Made by a program: the position numbers and the translations under genes
DNA from: Eledone cirrhosa
Taxonomy: Eukaryota
Assembly (NCBI GenBank): GCA_964016885.1
Contig: OZ024748.1
Span: 6,200,001-6,264,000, forward strand
Reading direction: 5' to 3'
Length of the DNA stretch: 64,000 nt
Notes under the pieces: model-generated
The model's input: the letters and a program-made list of their open reading frames with translations, nothing else
Told to the model about the DNA's origin: nothing
Databases searched by the model: none
Part shown: one piece after another, positions 59,716-64,000 of the stretch
Numbering within the stretch: the stretch's first letter is position 1
Layout of the letters: each line of letters begins with the position of its first letter

Positions 59716-60345
59716 TTAAGTAAAATAAATCAGTGGTCTTGCAAACTGACACGGGGAGAGGTAGGCTCATGTTGGTCAGCGGATATTTCTGATGTTGGAT
59801 TGTTGGCCCGTATAGTATTTGCTGCCTGGTTTGGAACGGAGTTCCAAGATGACAAAAGCGCGGAGAATAGAAATATTAAATTAAATATTAAATAAAATTT
59901 AAAAAATCACTATTATATCCACTGATTTCCTTATGCTGTTGCCGCCTTTCCTTTTCTCTGTTTTGTTTTGGTACTTGTGTTTGTTTGAATGAGCGTGCGT
60001 TTGTACCTATGTCTGTATATATATATATATATATGTGTTTGAGTATGTGTTTGCTTTAGAGTGTGTATGTCCCTTTGTCTGTTTGTGTGTGTGTATTTTT
60101 GTGTGTGAGTATGCATGTGTGTATATGTGTGTGTGTGTGTGTGTCTCTGTATGTGAGTATGTATGTGTGTGTGTCTCTGTGTATTTTTGTTCTTTTACTT
60201 TCAGCCTACACCATAATTTATAATCTTCTCCAACCCTCTCTGTAACCTGATCATGAAATACGTCTTTACCCTTTCTTACAGCCCGCCTCTACTTATCTCA
60301 CGCACACTGTCTCATGCATACATATAGAAACACACACGCACACAA

Positions 60346-60481
<136 letters not shown>

Positions 60482-60492
60482 AAAGAGTCAGG

Positions 60493-60587
60493 ACCTCGAC
60501 GGCTGAGCTCTGGCCGTTTCGACAGCGAGGACTGAACTAACGCAGTAATGTCAGGAAACAGTAGTCTAGCTGAACTTATCAAAGGGT
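60493..60587 (-). ncRNA. Family A hammerhead, complete but core-mutated
   Basis: accct-TTGATAA-[long stem II]-GAAACGGC-CAGAGCTCA-GCCGTC-gaggt. Confidence 0.55.
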
Positions 60588-60607
60588 AATTCCATATATA
60601 TATATAT

Positions 60608-60661
<54 letters not shown>

Positions 60662-60857
60662 CGGGCGTGAGAGAGAGAATGAGAGAGCGAGTGAGAGAGG
60701 AAAAGAGAGAAAGATGTAAAATCCCGGCCGCGGTACCAAGCGGTGTCTTACACTTACATATCTCTATACCCACTCTACATCTCTCCATGTATTGAGTACT
60801 CATATGACTAGTGGTCTCAACGATGTCAACAACGCAGACTCTCTCTCTCCCTCTCCC

Positions 60858-60912
<55 letters not shown>

Positions 60913-61225
60913 AGGCGGGTAAAATTCCCGAGATCCATGGACGAGTTCTCTCCAGCGGTCTCTGTCCCTCATTATCGCTGCCATATATATATATACGCAC
61001 ACACATATATATATATACATATATATATATACACATGTATATTTTTATATGGATTCTTTCGGCTGTGGTTATGCTTCTCTCATTTCTATCGTTATTCAAA
61101 CAGTTCTTGAAACAGTAAAAGCTTGGCCGTAGCACAACGAACCTCTTTGACAATGTCCATACTCAAGTTGCCTTAAGCGTAGCGGACTAAATTGAATAAC
61201 GGTCTTACTGGTCTTAACTACAAAC

Positions 61226-61308
<83 letters not shown>

Positions 61309-61335
61309 GCTCTCTCTCACTGTATATATATATGT

Positions 61336-61380
<45 letters not shown>

Positions 61381-61535
61381 CCTATGCAGACATGTATACA
61401 AATATTATATACACACAAACGAACACTTTTATCTCTCAAAATCTCATTATATATATATATACATACAAGATATATATATACATGTATATACATGTATATA
61501 TATATACATATATATATACATGTATATATATATAT

Positions 61536-61583
<48 letters not shown>

Positions 61584-61607
61584 GTATATATATATATATG
61601 TATAATT

Positions 61608-61644
<37 letters not shown>

Positions 61645-61663
61645 ATACATATATATGTGTGTT

Positions 61664-61702
<39 letters not shown>

Positions 61703-61944
61703 CTATGTGTGTGTATGCTCCTATACCCCCCCCCCCCCTCCACAGTGATCAGCTATTTTTAGTTGTTATCAATCTTTCCCTCTACAAACAATCTTTAGTG
61801 ACCAAAATCACGACATTGTCGCTACATACAAAGTATTCGATACGAGACAATCTTAACTTTGTTTAGGGGGCGCCAAAATGGCTGATACTTGGTTTGGGCT
61901 TATACGTATAAACACATACATACATGTTTATATATAAGCATGCT

Positions 61945-62019
<75 letters not shown>

Positions 62020-62279
62020 TTACATACACACATACACACTGACATTTATAGGTATATATGTATGCATTCAAAACTATATATGCATATTTCTACCACACCC
62101 ACGCACGCACACCCTTATATTTATGTAGGTACGTGTGTATGCATGTATGTATGTATGCATGTATGTATGTATGTATGTGTGTATGCATGTGTGGTGCTAT
62201 TAAGTCATTAAGTTAGAGGTGGTCTGGGCCAATACTGGCCGAAACCTATCAAAGTTACCAAAGTTATATATACACACAT

Positions 62280-62349
<70 letters not shown>

Positions 62350-63048
62350 AGTTGACATTGTCCGCAGAATGTGTTCCTGGATTCTTAGAACTTTCCAGTC
62401 GAGAGATATCCACACTGTTATCCTTCTCTTCTCCACTTTTGTCCGACCCCACCTTGATTACTGTTGTCCACTGTGGTCTCCCCACACGAAACAAAGTATC
62501 ATGAATGTTGAAGCACCCAATAGATCGATTACAAAACAGATAGATGGCATGACAGGCCTTGACTATTGGAGTCGATTAGAAGAGCTTATCCTTTATTCTC
62601 TCCAACGTCGCCGTGAGCGCTACATTATCTGAATAATGTGGAAAATATTCCATCAGCTTTGCCCAAATGATGTTGGCATCACCTTTAATGTACACCCAAG
62701 GCTTCGGCCCGGTGCTATCTGCGCACGACAAAAATCTCATTCGAATCTCATAACAACAATACGGCACAATTATTTCACCTCAATTGGCTCTGCTCTCTTT
62801 AACATTACACCAAAACACATCAAAACAGAAACAGACCCCATCAAGTTCAAGATGTCTTTGGACAAATTCCTTGAAGAAATCCTAGATAAGCCTCCTACAC
62901 CCGGATATGCCTTCGTAAACAATAACTCTCTGCTCGAGTGGGCCATGGTTCCCAAACCCTGATTGGTAAGACTTCGCCAGGTGGTGCTATTAAGTTAGAC
63001 ATGGCATGGGCCAATACTGGCTGAAACCTATCAAAGTTATCAAAGTTA
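62350..63048 (+). mobile_element. 5'-truncated CR1/L2-group LINE (ORF2 C-terminus)
   Basis: FVRPHLDYCCPLWSPH...RLEELILYSLQRRRER, one in-frame TGA at 62630, ...FKMSLDKFL; tail (atcaaagtt)2 then (TA)n; short 3'-end copies near 62190-62266 and 49780-49834. Confidence 0.85.
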
Positions 63049-63117
<69 letters not shown>

Positions 63118-63683
63118 GATCCGCTAGCAAACAGCTACCATTATCGATTCAACAGTACAGCCAAGCACAATTGAAAAAGATACACTATATAACTACAAGA
63201 AACTACAAAGTTAAACCCACAAAATAAACCAAAACTTACATCATACTAACAGGACGAGTCTATACTTCTACAAGCAGCTCGACAGTAATCATGTATTTTA
63301 TAGATTCAACTAGGTATTGTACGTATAATTTAGTATAAAAAGGTGTGACTTACATTATCCTCAGATCTTCAAATATTACTGAATTTGATATCTTTTATCA
63401 GGTACAATCCTGTAATAAAGATAGAGAGAAGAATTGTTTTATTATTCATTATTCAAAATGTGTGTGTGTGTGTGTGATTGTGTGTGATTCTGTGTATATA
63501 TGTGTGTGTGTGTATGTGTGTGTATGTGTGTGTATGTGTGTGATTGTGTGTGTATGTGTGTGTGTATGTGTGTGTGTGTGTATGTGTGTGTGTGCCTCTA
63601 ACTTCCTTTACTTCAAATTTCTTTCATACTCATTTCTATTTAAATCTGACAACCTCCTTCAAACACTCTCCTTCGTTCTCACT

Positions 63684-63773
<90 letters not shown>

Positions 63774-64000
63774 GAAATCTATCGTCTCTCTGGCTCTGTT
63801 CGTTGATTTCCTCTTCTCCTCATTCCTCTCTGTCTATCCCTTCTGCTCTCACTCTCTTCCATATCATCTCCACCACACACACACACGCACACACACACAC
63901 ACACACATACACACACACACAAACACATTTTCTCTCTGTTTCTCATAACTGTCTCATCTATTTCACACTTTAGCTATTTTACCGTTTTACCGTGTTTTAT

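Overview
AT-rich eukaryotic genomic DNA dominated by (TA)n, (CA)n, (GA)n, (TATG)n and triplet microsatellites. The SINE repertoire and microsatellite load suggest an octopus-like cephalopod (inference). Nearly all ORFs in the supplied track are microsatellite artefacts, and no intact protein-coding gene can be assembled. Recognisable content: one intronless tRNA-Arg(UCU) with stem mismatches; many tRNA-derived SINEs; truncated LINEs (Tx1/L1-like inside (TCTA)n, RTE with (GAA)n tails, CR1-like); small DNA-transposon remnants (mariner, hAT, piggyBac-type, Tc1-type); a 1.9-kb 24-bp Thr-rich mucin-like repeat; and a few exon-like segments, including a three-exon pseudogene-like block. The most striking unexplained structure is a dense population of short elements sitting in (TA)n tracts. 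They carry type I hammerhead ribozyme folds (13 with an intact CUGANGA...GAAA core, from several unrelated families, plus degenerate ones) and are very often arranged as inverted pairs or perfect palindromes. This fits non-autonomous Penelope-like, retrozyme-like elements that target TA microsatellites. All pairings were assigned by eye and no database or folding search was run.
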